A DNA stretch of 63,897 bases, counting the filler, from Perkinsus chesapeaki ATCC PRA-425 (lineage: Eukaryota > Protista > Perkinsozoa): NCBI GenBank assembly GCA_013115145.1. It is 7 parts of 7 records of this genome, joined end to end, with 100 filler letters (N's around TTAATTAATTAA, not from the genome) between each part and the next. Parts side by side here need not be neighbours in the genome. Positions count along the whole stretch, not along the records: positions 13,095 to 38,184 come from JAAPAO010000535.1; 6 more parts are not named here. One strand, 5' to 3'. Positions 24,435 through 37,800 of the stretch are shown one piece after another. A program made the position numbers and the translations under genes. The notes under the pieces were generated by a model that worked only from the letters and a program-made list of their open reading frames with translations, did not search any database and was not told where the DNA came from. Every line of letters begins with the position of its first letter. Position 1 is the first letter of the stretch.

Positions 24435-27400
24435 CAACATTAACGCTACTAACCTGATGATTATAAATAGTATGTATGTATGATGGTTAGTGTTGTTAGT
24501 GTTATTATTACACCAATTGATAAATCATAACCTTTTAATGCATCTAATATAAATCCCATAAATAATTTAACTTTCAATCTACGATAATGTGTTGTTGGTG
24601 CTGCTGCTGGTCCTTGGTCACTGTTAATAGGGAAGCTATGATGGAATGTTATCTAAAACAACAACGATAATAACAATAATAACAAGGTTACTGGAGTTAT
24701 TTCCAAATCACTGCCGAATGTATTGAAAAATGCATTTTTATCGGCTGTTGATTCGCTTACATGTCAACGTGTGGCTAGTACTAGTACTATACATATCGTT
24801 AGACGTGTATTGGGGGGCCCTCATGTGGGCATATAATAAATGGATGTTAAGGTCATACTGTTTGCTTTTGCCGCAGTATTGATCTGATAGTTGGTAGAAT
24901 TTATTTTTATTGACTATCATACCAGCTTAGGCTGTGCGTCCGACATAATAATAATGATAATAATAATAACCTTTATTATTATTATTCTAAATTATTCTTA
25001 CTTCGACACTTTCACCGTTTTTAGCTTTATCTAATAAACCAGATTTATATAATTTATCATAGGCAAATCTAAGATAATGATCTTAATGATCTATATTATT
25101 AATACTTATTACTTAATTATATTATCTATTCGTTGTAATGAATCATTATTAGTATTAAGTGTCCATGTTAATGATAATATATTATTATTATAACCAACTG
25201 TATGGGGTAATATACCTTTCATTATATTATCTTTCAAATATATACCAATATCCTAATAATAATAATGATAATAAATAGCAATAATAATTATATTTATTAT
25301 TACATCACAGTGATGTTCATAATATATACCAAACACTTTAATTATAGCTATATTTATTGGGAATCCATCTGGTATACAATTATATAATAATGGTATATTA
25401 TTAGTACTAGTTATATCTACTATCAATATTTACAACTATAAGAATGATAATACCCATATTATTACTACCTTTTGACACCACTAAAACACCACCACTATCA
25501 TTATCATCATCATCATTGTTAATGGTCATGCTTGTTCTTGGTGTTATATTATTATCATCGCTACTACCTTCTATTATAGATACCATATATTTACGTATCC
25601 TGCCATTATTAATACATATTATATATCCTATTATTATTATTACTTGCACATATTATTAAAATCATCGTTTGTTAAATATGCAACACCATTATTAGTATTA
25701 ATTGATAAACCTTTAAGTCTCCCTAATTTACCATTTATATATTCATTTATTTTAATATCTTTAACTTTATGAAATGCTAATGTTTGAGCATTTATACATT
25801 CTTTTATTGGATTATATATACCATCATAATAAACCTCATCATCATCATCCTGCTTATCCTCACCCTTTATCGCATCAAAATCATAATCATAATCATCATC
25901 ATCATTTGAGTTGTTCTTCTTCTTGTTATTATCAGTTGTTGTTGTTGTGTTAGAGATTATTGGTTGTGAATCAATAATAATATCATCATTATCCGATATT
26001 CTATCTTGACCCATGATACTACTACTACTTCTTCTACTGCTGGTGCTGGTTTAAGTGATAACTAAATAATATTGAATAATAATAATAATAACAAAACAAT
26101 AACTAATAAGCATCATCTTATTTGGATAACATCATCACTCTTATCATCATGAATATAATGAATTCTTCTTGTTATTATTATTATTGTATAATACAATTAT
26201 AACACACTTTTTTATTATTACGACTTACCTTATCACCATAATCATCATCATCATCATCCGCATCCATCACCTCATCATCATGATGATAATCAATAATAGT
26301 ACTATCCTCATCATCGCATCCCCCTACTTCTTCTATTGCTAATATATCTTCTTTACTACTATTATTCACATCTTTATCAACGTTATTATCAACAACACTT
26401 GATAACAATACAGGTGGAGGAGGAGGAGGATGTGCCAGATCATCATCATCATCATCATTGTCATCATTATCATTGTCTTCTGCTGTTTCTTCTTCTTCTT
26501 TTATATTACTATATACATTAGTTGTATTCTTTAATTTATTTATCATATTATATATAATTACATTATTAACATTATATACCCCATCACAGACATCATAATA
26601 ATAACAACAAGAAGAAGAACCATCATCATCAGCATCATCATCATCATCAGCACGACCACGACCACGACCACGACCACCTTTACTATCATCCTCCGAATGT
26701 CGTAATGTTGAAGATGGTGATGATAATAATAATGATGATATGGCTTTGTTGTTCTTGTTGTTATAATATTTACCATTATTATTATATTGTAATTCATTTA
26801 TTAATATATTTAATATATTATTATACATATTATCAAATGACCTGCTATAACATCATTATTATTATTCTATATATTATTATTACTGTCTTGTATTATTATC
26901 TAATAATAATCTATTATTTAATAACATTACATGACCACCATTAACTTGCTCCCATAATTTACGTCTCTCTATCTCATAATCACGATAATCAGCTATAATA
27001 TCCACAATACTACTACTATCATCATCATCACCAGGAGGAAGAGGATGAGGATGACGCTCAACATCATGAGTAGTATCATTATTACCTAGTATTATTAATA
27101 TAAATATTATCAAATATTATTACATATTCTAGCAAGGGGTGTGTTGAAAGGTGTTATTATTGATGATGATGATGATGGCGTCGAGGAGGAGGAGGTGTTG
27201 GCGCTGGATTCTTCTTGTTCTTGTTTATTATTATCCTCCTGCTCTTTAATATACATTATTGTATTATTATTATATATATATCTTATATCCTTTCTTTTAT
27301 CATTTAAGGCTAGTGATGATGGAGGAGGAAGCGGAGGTAGCATAGTAGTATTACTTCTTGTTGTTGTTGTTAACATAATGATAATATATACTATTATTAT
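21430..27400 (-). CDS. One or more low-complexity, intron-rich AT-rich genes of unknown function
   Basis: Plausible spliced exons such as EGDYYQLHVEDKGCLIIYAG, YGLSGRDDLASIDRLGRYVMRKW and VYDTSSSDIGGWMQFVL, separated by (AAT)n-like GT-AG introns. No family recognised. Confidence 0.4.
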
Positions 27401-27650
27401 TAATTAATATTAACACCACTTATTAGACTATTATACATCATTACCATATTATCTATAACAACAACAGCACCACCACGAAAAAGGAAGAGAGGAAGGGTGG
27501 AACGATAACAAGGACAACAAGGACAACAAGGAGGAGGAGTATGGTGAATAAATAATGATGATGATGATGCTGTTGCTGCTCTTCTTCTTGTTATTATTAC
27601 TTATCCCTTTTACCATATATTCTTGATAATTCCTTTTCCAAACATGTTAC

Positions 27651-28898
27651 CTAATAATAAATGTTATTATAATCATTTGTCCCCCTTATTCTTGTTATTA
27701 CAAATTTAACTGTATTATGTACACCTAATGTATTTACTGGTAAGAACTTTGGTATATTATTTAAATCCAATACATATGTAAAATGTGCCCCCTGATGGCC
27801 AGCAGCATCAGCATCAGCATCATTATAAGATATTAATGATGTTATCATTTGAACACTTAAATGTACATAAGTAGCAGTTCTACCTTTATCATACGGTAAA
27901 TCATATAAAGGCTTGTAATCAGCTAAAAAATACAGACAAAAACAACAATAAATATAAAAATGAGGTTATGTTGTTATTCACTTACATGAAGCTATAATGA
28001 AATGCTTATCTATATTATTAACACTACCCTGATCCTGCTGATCCTGCTGTTGCTGCTGGTTATCTTGTGGTGATGGTGGTGGTGTATAACACATTCTTAA
28101 TTCTCTTAATTCAGGTTTAAAATATGGTATAGGACTATAGTATTTAGTAGATAGTGCATGGCATTCTAATTTACTACTAGTATTATGTAGTATATTTAAT
28201 GATGGCATAGTAATATTATTATCAATAAAATTAACTGATTCAACTAAATGATTCCAGTCCTTTTGATCTCTTTTATCATATAATGTATTATATACCTCAT
28301 TAACCGTATATTCTGGAAAATCACAGTCCAATCTACATAGTTTACCACCATCATCCATATTACGTACATTAGCTTTAATATTACGTAATTTACTAAATCC
28401 ATTAATAGATCCACTACCATTATTTTGTGATACCCATCCTGGCATACCAGTCACATCATATAATGGTGTACAATAATTAACTGCTTTATTATATACACCC
28501 AATAAGAAGTCATCACTTAACGACGCTGATGATGACGACGACGACGACGACGATGGTGATGAGTATAAACGAGGTGATGACGACGACGACGATGGTGATG
28601 AGTATAAACGAGGTGATGATGACGATGGAGGAGGAGGAGGAGGAGACTTAACTGCTACTACTGCTGAGGCTGCTGCTGGTGCTGGTGGTGGTGATGATGA
28701 TATTACATTGTTGTTATTATTAGTATCGGTGGTGATAGTAGTAGTAGTTGTATTATTATTATCTTCATTATCATTACAGGTAGTATAATCATCATCTCCA
28801 TCATCTCCATATAATAATAATGTTGATGATGATGATGATGATGTTGAGAAGTATGGTAGAGCTGATTGATGACTTAATGATCTACTGACACTAAACAA
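27651..28898 (-). CDS. START/SRPBCC lipid-binding domain protein with Ser/Thr/Asn-rich N-terminal region; multi-exon, limits uncertain
   Basis: CRLDCDFPEYTVNEVYNTLYDKRDQKDWNHLVE, YYSPIPYFKPELRE, HFIIAS and FTYVLDLNNIPKFLPVN follow the START pattern. Confidence 0.6.
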
Positions 28899-29624
28899 AG
28901 CTAAGGACGACTATAATATTATATATTACCTATTAATAGATACTGATGATGATGTTGTTGTTGCTGCTGTATGTTGCTCTTCATATTTCCTTTTATTATA
29001 TACTGTTATTTCACCTTGTGATTCATGTCTACGTCTATGTCCCTGTCCTTCTTCATGTAATATATGACTATATTAATAATTCTAGTATTACTCATAATTA
29101 TTATTACCAGTTATTATAACAATTCTGTTGCTGTTGTCCATATATCATTGTATATCTACCCGCCCCCCTACCACCACCACCGCCACATGCCCCCCTATCT
29201 TGCCTACCCCCACATGTATTATACAATAATCTTGATAAGGATAATCTTGAATTGGATAATATTGATGTTCTTGCTTTATTATCATCATGATACTCGCCAC
29301 CACCACCGCTGCTGGTGGTGGTGGTGTTGTTATTACTATTAGTTATATGGTTGTTTGTTGTTGAGGTTGTTGTTAATGATGATGATGCAGGAGGAGCAGG
29401 AGGCATTGCTATTGTTAATATACTAAACATTATTTATATAACTATTAAACACAATACTTATAAATAATAATAACTAGTACTACTACCATAATTATTAATA
29501 TATTAACCATAACCATAATATATTAACCATAACCATTAATAATAGTGTAGCCGACTAGGCCACACATGTACAATATTAATACTACTTAATCCACAAACCC
29601 ACCCCCACCGCCATCTCATTCTTC

Positions 29625-30571
29625 TTAATACACTGTTTTAGTGAAGTCTATACGTCTTGTCTTAATCATAGTCCATACATGTCTATTCCATACACTAATA
29701 CTGAATAACCATACTAATGCAGCAGTTGACATCTTTAAACCCTAACAATAACAACACTAATAATACACAATTATTATTATTATTACTATTAATTTCCTTT
29801 CATCATGTTGTGGATCTTGTGCCCATGTTAGGAATTGTGTTACATCTTTAGCCATTTGTGATGCTACTGCAGGTGTACCATCTTCATATTCAATAGCACC
29901 ATCATTTAATGGTGGTGGCATAGATATAGCACCACCAGGAAAATATGTATTGTAATATAAACCAGATCTAAGATTAACACCAGCAGGTGGATCTCTATAT
30001 CCAGTTAATAATGACATAATATAATCACAACCACCATGATGAGCTGCTGCCTGTTGTGATAGATCTGGTGGTGATGCACCTTGATTAGCAAATCTAGCAG
30101 CTTCCTCATTTGGGTAGGGTGATGGAAAGGGATCTAATAGATTACCTGGTCTAGTAAACATTTCACCTAATAATAATATTTAATAATATATCACTAAGTA
30201 TATGATCATCACCTTTATCATTAGGTCCATCTTCATAATCAAAACTAGCAGCTATTTGTTTAACACGATTTTCTGGATATATCTAAACAATAGTATTATT
30301 ATGTATTATATATCATGACTATTACAGTATTAACCATATGCCTAAAACATACAAACTTGGCAGCATGACAAGTTGCACATACTTGTCTATATACTTCATA
30401 TCCTCTACGACAAGATGGTATATCATGACAATGTGAGAATGCTTTAAACCAGAATGGCCAATCTGGTGGTGATGGTGGATCCTTTTCAGCACATTTAGAT
30501 AATATAATACCACAACAACTACCACCAATAATACCAATAATACCATAACCACCACCTTTGATAACCAGCAT
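29625..30571 (-). CDS. CYC1: Cytochrome c1, heme protein of complex III (4 exons)
   Basis: [66 protein letters not shown]-terminal TM and TRRIDF..*. Confidence 0.95.
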
Positions 30572-30807
30572 TATTATTAACAACAAAGAAGAAGACCCTA
30601 AACAACAAGATACACAACAACAACAACAACGCCGAACAAGGAAGGGCCAGTAAGGAAGATAATAATCGATTATAATGGCGTAGCGATATTAACACAGTAC
30701 TACGTCGTAGCCCATACTACTACTACGCCCTTTCCGCGACTGCTCGGGGCTGCTGCCCTAATATTTGAATATTCTTTTTCCAGTACCTCTTGTAGTAGTT
30801 AGTAGTA

Positions 30808-31876
30808 ATGTCTTCTAATAATGTTGGGAGTGATGTTGGGAGTAATAGTGATGATGCTGGATGTGTTATTAATACTGAATGGGAGAGTTGGGAAATAGAT
30901 CCAGATGATATTAAAGTAATAATAAGATTATTCAAGTTATATGATACCTTAAATAGATTGAATATCGTTGTGGTAGTGGTGTTACTGCTGAAGTATTTTA
31001 TGGTTTATGGAATGGTACTGCAGTTGCTGTTAAACAAATAAGATTAGGTGGTAAAAGAACAGATAAATTAATAAGAGCATTTAAAAGAGAATTAAGTATA
31101 ATGGTTAAATGTAGACATCCTAATTTAGTATTATTTATGGGTGCTGCTACTAAAGAGGAACCAATAAGAGGTAATAACAACAACACTTAACTACTACTTG
31201 ACAATATCATTATTATTAGTTGTATGTGAATTCTGTGAAGGTGGTACTTTATTTGACTTATTACATAATAGAGATGATGTTAAATTATCATGGTAATATC
31301 AATAATATTAATAATATTAATAATATATATATTATTAGGAAACAGAAGTTAAAGATGTTAATTGATATTGGTAAAGGTATAACATATCTACATGCATGCA
31401 AACCACCTATTGTACATAGAGATTTAAAATCGCTTAATTTATTATTAGCTGAAAGAGTTGATGATGAATATGATACACCTATAATGAAAATAGCTGATTT
31501 TGGTATGGCTAAAATTAAAGATGATTCTAATCAAGATATGACTGCTAATGCTGGTACTTATCATTGGATGGCACCAGAAGTATTAGGTGGTAAACAATAT
31601 AATGAAAAAGTTGATATATATAGTTATGGTATAGTTATGTATGAAATATTATGTAGAGTTATACCATATGAAGAGACTGGTTTAGAAGCAATGAAAATAG
31701 CATTAGCTGTTAATAGAGGTAGGAGACCTGATTTAAGTAGATATCCATACGATGGTCCTGAACAACTTAAAAATATTATGATTAAATGTTGGGATCAAGA
31801 ATCTAATAATAGACCAACCATGTCTGAGGTAGTTGATCAATTAAAGACTGTTAAAATACCTGATAATAATGCATAA
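30808..31876 (+). CDS. Tyrosine-kinase-like (TKL, Raf/MLK-type) protein kinase
   Basis: WEID, GSGVTAEV, VAVK, RELSIM..CRHPNLVLFMGA, HRDLKSLN, DFG, GTYHWMAPE across three introns. Confidence 0.92.
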
Positions 31877-31897
31877 CCATGATAACCATGACATCAT

Positions 31898-32128
31898 CAT
31901 CGTTGTTAATAATAAAGGTATTGAGTNNNNNNNNNNNNNNNNNNNNNNNNNNNNNNNNNNNNNNNNNNNNNNNNNNNNNNNNNNNNNNNNNNNNNNNNNN
32001 NNNNNNNNNNNNNNNNNNNNNNGAGTGTCATCGTTGTTAATAATAAAGGTATTGAGTGTCATCGTTGTTAATAATAAAGGTATTGAGTGTCATCGTTGTT
32101 AATAATAAAGGTATTGAGTGTCATCGTC
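31898..32128. repeat. 31-bp tandem repeat spanning an assembly gap (N 31927-32022)
   Basis: Unit gagtgtcatcgttgttaataataaaggtatt, identical copies on both sides of the gap. Confidence 0.9.
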
Positions 32129-32268
32129 GTTGTTAATCATAACATAACATTAACAATAATGTCATGAAACTTGTATAACAATAAAACTCCGTAAAATTAT
32201 TGATGGCAAGTACGCCAATAACATCATTAACTACTTAGTAAAATAGTAGTATATGTTGTTGTTTATTA

Positions 32269-33427
32269 TTAATCCTCATCATCAGTACTAATATTATCTA
32301 TGTTGTTCTTGATAGGTATATATTTAGTAGTTCTATAACAAAATGGTGGTATACCTTTAATATCTTCAATAATATCATAATTACCACCTAATTTACCTAA
32401 TAAAGATTATATAATCCTGTTATTATTATTATTAAATAATACGTATATTCCTTTCCTTTAAATGTTGCCATCCTTTAGGATTAGCCCTTCTTAGATCATA
32501 CGCTAATCCAATATAATACCTAATAATACTACTACCTATATATTAATATATATTATTATTACATAATATCAATAAATATCTTAGTTGGATTATATTGTTT
32601 AAATGCATTCATTTCAGCAGTTGAATAATCCCAATCAAATGTATGATGCCAATTATGCCAACCTTCACCCAATGCAAAGAATGCCACAATACCGTTCTCA
32701 GTAGTATTACTATTAATATCATATGGTTTATAACCCCATTTATGCACAATTGAATTAACAGACCATGTGGCATGTAATACAAAACAATAACGGAATATAC
32801 CAGGTAATAATATACCATTAATAATAGTCTCATTCCATAAATAATAACCAATTAATGATGGAAATATAAAACACCATACCATATTCCACCATGGGCACAT
32901 ACGGTGTTGGAATAATAATAATTTATCTTTATATAAATCATTTAATGATATTTGTCTACCAGCTTTTAATACAATATTAGGTTTTTTAACCAATAACCAG
33001 CCAACATGTGAATAAAAGAACCCTCTCTGTGAATCATGTGGATCTTTATTAGTATCAGAATATAAATGATGTGTTCTATGATCTCTAGCCCAATGTATGA
33101 CACTACCTTGATTAGCAATACTATTACATATTAATAATAATATTTTTAATGGATATCTAGCTTTATATGATCTATGAGACCATAATCTATGCGCACCAGC
33201 AGTAATACCTAAACCTGATATTATCCATAATAATAATGTCCATATATATGTGTATATATTATATCTATTATTAATAATAACATCATATATAGTATATATA
33301 CCAATAATATGTATCTAGTATAATAATAGATATTCATAATAATGATGTTATATATTACTATTGATATATATATTATCATTGGCCAATTCATTATTAATTT
33401 ATCCCTTACTACTGTATTATCATCCAT
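32269..33427 (-). CDS. SCD: Delta-9 acyl-CoA desaturase (multi-exon)
   Basis: GITAGAHRLWSH, DHRTHH, DPHDSQRGFFYSHVGW and GEGWHNWHH histidine boxes. Confidence 0.93.
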
Positions 33428-33897
33428 TATAAGAGGACTGATAAAAGAACAACAACACCAACTACTACTATGAAATAAACAAATAGAACAACAACACCAA
33501 CACCCTCATGATGACAATGAGCAGCAGCATCATCTTTACAGTAGTAGATATCGATCATTTGGGCGAGCGAAATGTTAATCTTTATGTGGACGGTCTCGGT
33601 CAAAATCATTGTTCTAAGGAAAGTACACAAAACCTAAGGAAACATTCTCGCTTGCCCACAGTGATATAAATCTAAGGTGAGGAAGTCAGGTGTAGGAAAC
33701 CCCCGTCGAAACGAAGTCACCGAAGGTTCATCCGTCAACGTTGAGTTAAGCAACTAGACTCGCAGCTCAGCGTTCGGAGTATGCTTGCCGAAGGCAACTT
33801 TTTCAACTTGTTCTTGCAACTTGTCCGTCAACTTTTTTCTTGCATTAGGCAACTTTTTTCTCGCGGGACACAAAACTTTCCCTAGCCCTGCAGGCAA

Positions 33898-34124
33898 GTG
33901 AGCTGTGGGTCTACAGGTGTCAGACCCTACTGTGAGTGGCGATGGCCGACCTAGAGGAAAGTGGGGGGTGAGGTAGCGGTTCAATTCGGGATTGGGCATG
34001 TCCTGAGGGACCCGGATTAGCTTGCCGTTCAGTCCGAGAGTGGAGCTGTCTAGATTCCGCCTATGACTTCTCTTGTTCTGGTCTGTGCGGAGGGGTGACT
34101 CTGTGAGGCTAGGGGTGTCAGACC
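33898..34124. repeat. Two further copies of the dispersed ~60-bp repeat (33898-33927 partial, 34063-34124 full)
   Basis: Shared core ctgtgNggNctaNaggtgtcagacc. Confidence 0.75.
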
Positions 34125-34142
34125 TCTGCTACTATCAATTGA

Positions 34143-34164
34143 CATGGAAGTTCCATGATGGAAC
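34143..34164. repeat. 7-8-7 scar, 8-mer CATGGAAC
   Basis: catggaa+gttccatg+atggaac, perfect. Confidence 0.9.
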
Positions 34165-34333
34165 ACAACATTCATTTCACATCAAACACTCGCCGTTTTT
34201 TTTAAATAACTCGAACTCTGATGAGCAAGGTTCATCATGATCAAACGACATATCCATTGTTAACATGCATATATATTGCTTAATAGGCAATGTCTACGGT
34301 CATTGCTCGGCACGGATGTGGATAGCGCGTTAA

Positions 34334-34654
34334 TTATTCTTTCCTCTGTGTACAATCTGGGCAGAACCTACAAAGACAAACCTAGCGTTTCGCTGTCGCT
34401 GTTTTATGCGCATGCCAATCAGAGCATTGACTGCCAACTCACCACTCGCCCTCCGGTACTAATTCCAGATTTAAACACTCCAAGTGGAACCAATCGTCAC
34501 ACTGAGAAGAAGAAATTATTCTTCGTGAATGGTGCACGGTGCCGTCACGGCACTGCCGTAAGCAGTCCCTTGCCCCAAGTCTCAGTCCATCACATCCGAT
34601 GAGGATTTTGCCTGGAAGGTTCCATTGCCCATGGCATACGGGGCAGCTCCCCAT
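34334..34654 (-). CDS. PHD-finger (C4HC3) coding exons, 3' end of a spliced gene
   Basis: Splicing a candidate GC-AG intron (34502-34573) and a GT-AG intron (34368-34442) gives CPVC..IGCDGLRLGCDDWFHLECL..PEGEWFCPDC..*. Confidence 0.75.
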
Positions 34655-34680
34655 CCAGTCCTCTCGCCTCGCGATACAGT

Positions 34681-34830
34681 ATTCGATGTATGAGTATTAT
34701 GTGTATGAGTTTACAGTGTATAGGTATTTTGTGTACGAGTTGAAAGTGTATTGGTTTTCGGTGTACGGGTCGTAAATGTACGAGTATTCGAGACATGAGT
34801 CGAAGGTGTACGAGTTTTCGGTGTATGGGA
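34681..34830. repeat. 10 x 15-bp degenerate tandem array
   Basis: Conserved RTGTAYRRGT 10-mer alternating with variable 5-mers, exact 15-bp period. Confidence 0.9.
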
Positions 34831-37800
34831 CATGAACACCCCCAATGAATAAGGCACTCAACTTATCAGCAGCATAGTTGCGCTTCCAAACAGTATCACC
34901 AACCTTCAATTGATCATTATGAGGGCGTCGACCACGACTCAACTTGCGACGAACTTCAGCACGACGTTCCAACCAAAGCTCCTTTGAATGACTCAAAGAG
35001 CGTGCCCATTCTTCCTGACAGTCATCACTAATACGCTTAATGTTATCAGTCAGGTCTTGAAATAAAAGCCCACTTCCAAGCCAGTCTTGAACCTGCTCAA
35101 CCATATCAGGTTCTTCTCCAAGGATACAATCTGTAAGACCTCTAGAAGCCCTGCAACAAAGCCAAGGGCTTAACCTACTATCCTCAGCATCTGAGTAAGG
35201 CAAACAGTTCATTGTAAAACATGCCAAACTACACCATTTTCGAACATCATTCATATCCTTCATAGTATTTTCCACTTCCAACTTAGTAGCTCTCAGTAAC
35301 GCACCAAATTCAGCATGGCATCTCTCAATCCATCCTCTTTGCGCAGCGTCGTAGGAATTAGCATGAGCTTGTACAATATGATACCGGGCCAAGACATCCT
35401 TGAACGACGTAGCCATAAAACATTGACCTTGATCATGAACGACCAATCGAGGAATACCTTCTTGTGCTAAAATTTCCACAAAACCAGCAGAGAGGGTGAA
35501 CCCACAACACGTATAGCCACCAATCTTGTTATATAACAAACAGCAATAAGAACCCAACATTTGGACTGGTTCTGCAACCGAATAGGTCCAAATAAATCCA
35601 AACCAACAACACCCCAAATCATAGGAATAAAACCTTTTATAGTACCCATAGCCTTGGACAACATTTTTCCTTCTTTAACTTGAGCACAAATCGAGCACTG
35701 TAATACATATCGCTTTACAGCACAATATAAACCTTTAAACCAACCATATCGTCTCACCAGCTTAACCATTCTGGATATCCCAGGATGGCTAAAAGATAAA
35801 TGTACTTTATCTATCAATTCTTCTTGCAATTCAGTAGTAGGAATAACAGGTACCAGATCATCATCACCATCTCTACGAAATTGTCGAGCCAATAAAAGAC
35901 CCATAGACGAGTCTAAAGCGAATGACCTAACAAGGGTACTTCCGGTATGTGAGCGCAATTCAGCAGCTACATGAACACAGAATGAATCCCCTGATTGAGT
36001 CAATAAAACTCGATTGCGAAACTCAGGATACCAAGAAATAGTGTCAACTAAGGCACATTCTGGCATTCGAGAACAATCAATCAAGGATAACTCATCATCT
36101 ACACAGTCCCATCCTTCAGAGTCAGATAATACCATAGAGTCTCCTCTAAAGGTAACTACTGGATCTTCCTCTACTTGACCAAAAACTAATTCCCAATCAC
36201 CAGGAACCATACTTATAATATCACCAGGACGAGTCAAACGATCAGCTAAGTTACTAGCAGACCTTACATGTTGAAATATCAATACCACATCAGGAATATA
36301 ACGCCTTATACTGCCAACCAAATCACAAATATGTTGAAGTCGTCGATACTCTGGTTTCGGCAATTCTTCAACCTTTTTAGAATCCCTATCAGTTAAAACC
36401 CATCTCAATCGATGTAAAGCAATAGTGCTATCACTAAATACGGTTATGTGCTTTATAAGGGTAACACTGATACTGACCAGACGTTCCAAAGTCACCATTG
36501 CCAACCTCAGTGATTCCAATTCACGAAGCGGTATAGACCCATGACCAGAAGTAATAATCTTAGATTCCACTCGACGACCAACACGATCACGTATGTCATA
36601 GGACATGCAAGTTTCACTGGCATCCGCATAAGCCCAAATACAACCAATATCAACAAAACGAGGCAACAATAAACGATCTGAATCCAGATATTGACAACAT
36701 CTAGCCAATTCAGTCTTAACAAATTCTTCATCTGGAGCTTGCAGCTGAACACCAAGTGCAGCATTTACACCATGACCATATCCTTTCTCATGTAAATATT
36801 TCATCATACATCTTAGTTGTAATGTAACTTCTGATAATAAACCCAAAGGATGATATATTCTGGCTGTAACACTCCTGAGAGTATCCAAACTCACACCACC
36901 ATTATCAGAAATACTCAAATCTGGTATTTTCACATCCATAACATCAGTATCAATATCAATAAATTAGCGATATCCCAACCAGGAACCAATACGAGCTTCA
37001 GCCACTTGTGATAATAACCGTGGTTCACCAATTGCCTCCCCCCTCACAAGTAAATTGTGAGTTCGTTTGAGTTGGTTAACCAGGAACCCTCTTTTAGCAA
37101 GACGTTCTTCAACAATAGCCCTTGATGCTTCCACATCCTCCACCTCATTGCCGAATATTATCAGATCATCGACATAATAGTCTACCGGTAAGCTTTCATT
37201 ATTAATAAACAAAGATTCTCGAATAGCATAAGATAGCGCCCAGGGTGAAAAGTTGGTACCAAACGGTACTCTAGCCCATCGGACCACCACCACACGATCT
37301 TTCAAAGGTAATAGTAGCCACAAATACCTCTTATCCCGGCCATTGATACATACTTGCCAGAACGCTTTGCTCAGATCCTCAGCTGAGACTCTACAATAAG
37401 AACGCCATTTCATCAATGTCCTCCATAAATTCATAGAATCAGTAGAATCACCAGGTGGACAATTAAACATATAAGTATTAATAAATCGAGCATCCAAGCA
37501 TAACCGACACCGTGTCGAAACACGAGAACAATCTATTACAGGTACCACATTCATATAATACGAAGCAAATGAAGAAGGATCCTCGCCATGATATACCTCT
37601 ACTACATTAGCCGATAATAATTCTTTAACAGCAATCTCATAAGCCTCATAAGACTGTTTATCCTTCAAAAATCGCGCAACCATGCGTCTACCACGATGTA
37701 AAGCAGACTTGTAATTAGGAGTAGGTCTAGCTTCACTCTTCCAAGGTATATCAACCTCAATTCTTCCAGGTACGATATCATTATCACCAGTGTCCACCGA

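Noticed and set aside
21430-29430. Many short hydrophobic or His/Tyr-rich ORFs in the AT-rich island
   Set aside because: Products of ATC/TAT/GTT microsatellite-like sequence read in non-coding frames or strands.
33690-33750. Possible hammerhead ribozyme (GAAAC and TCATC-like motifs)
   Set aside because: The CTGANGA and GAAA cores are not on the same strand in the required order.
34681-34830. CRISPR-like appearance of repeat/spacer arrays (also 31898-32128 and 57583-57702)
   Set aside because: Spacers are 5 nt or absent, there are no cas genes, and the context is eukaryotic.
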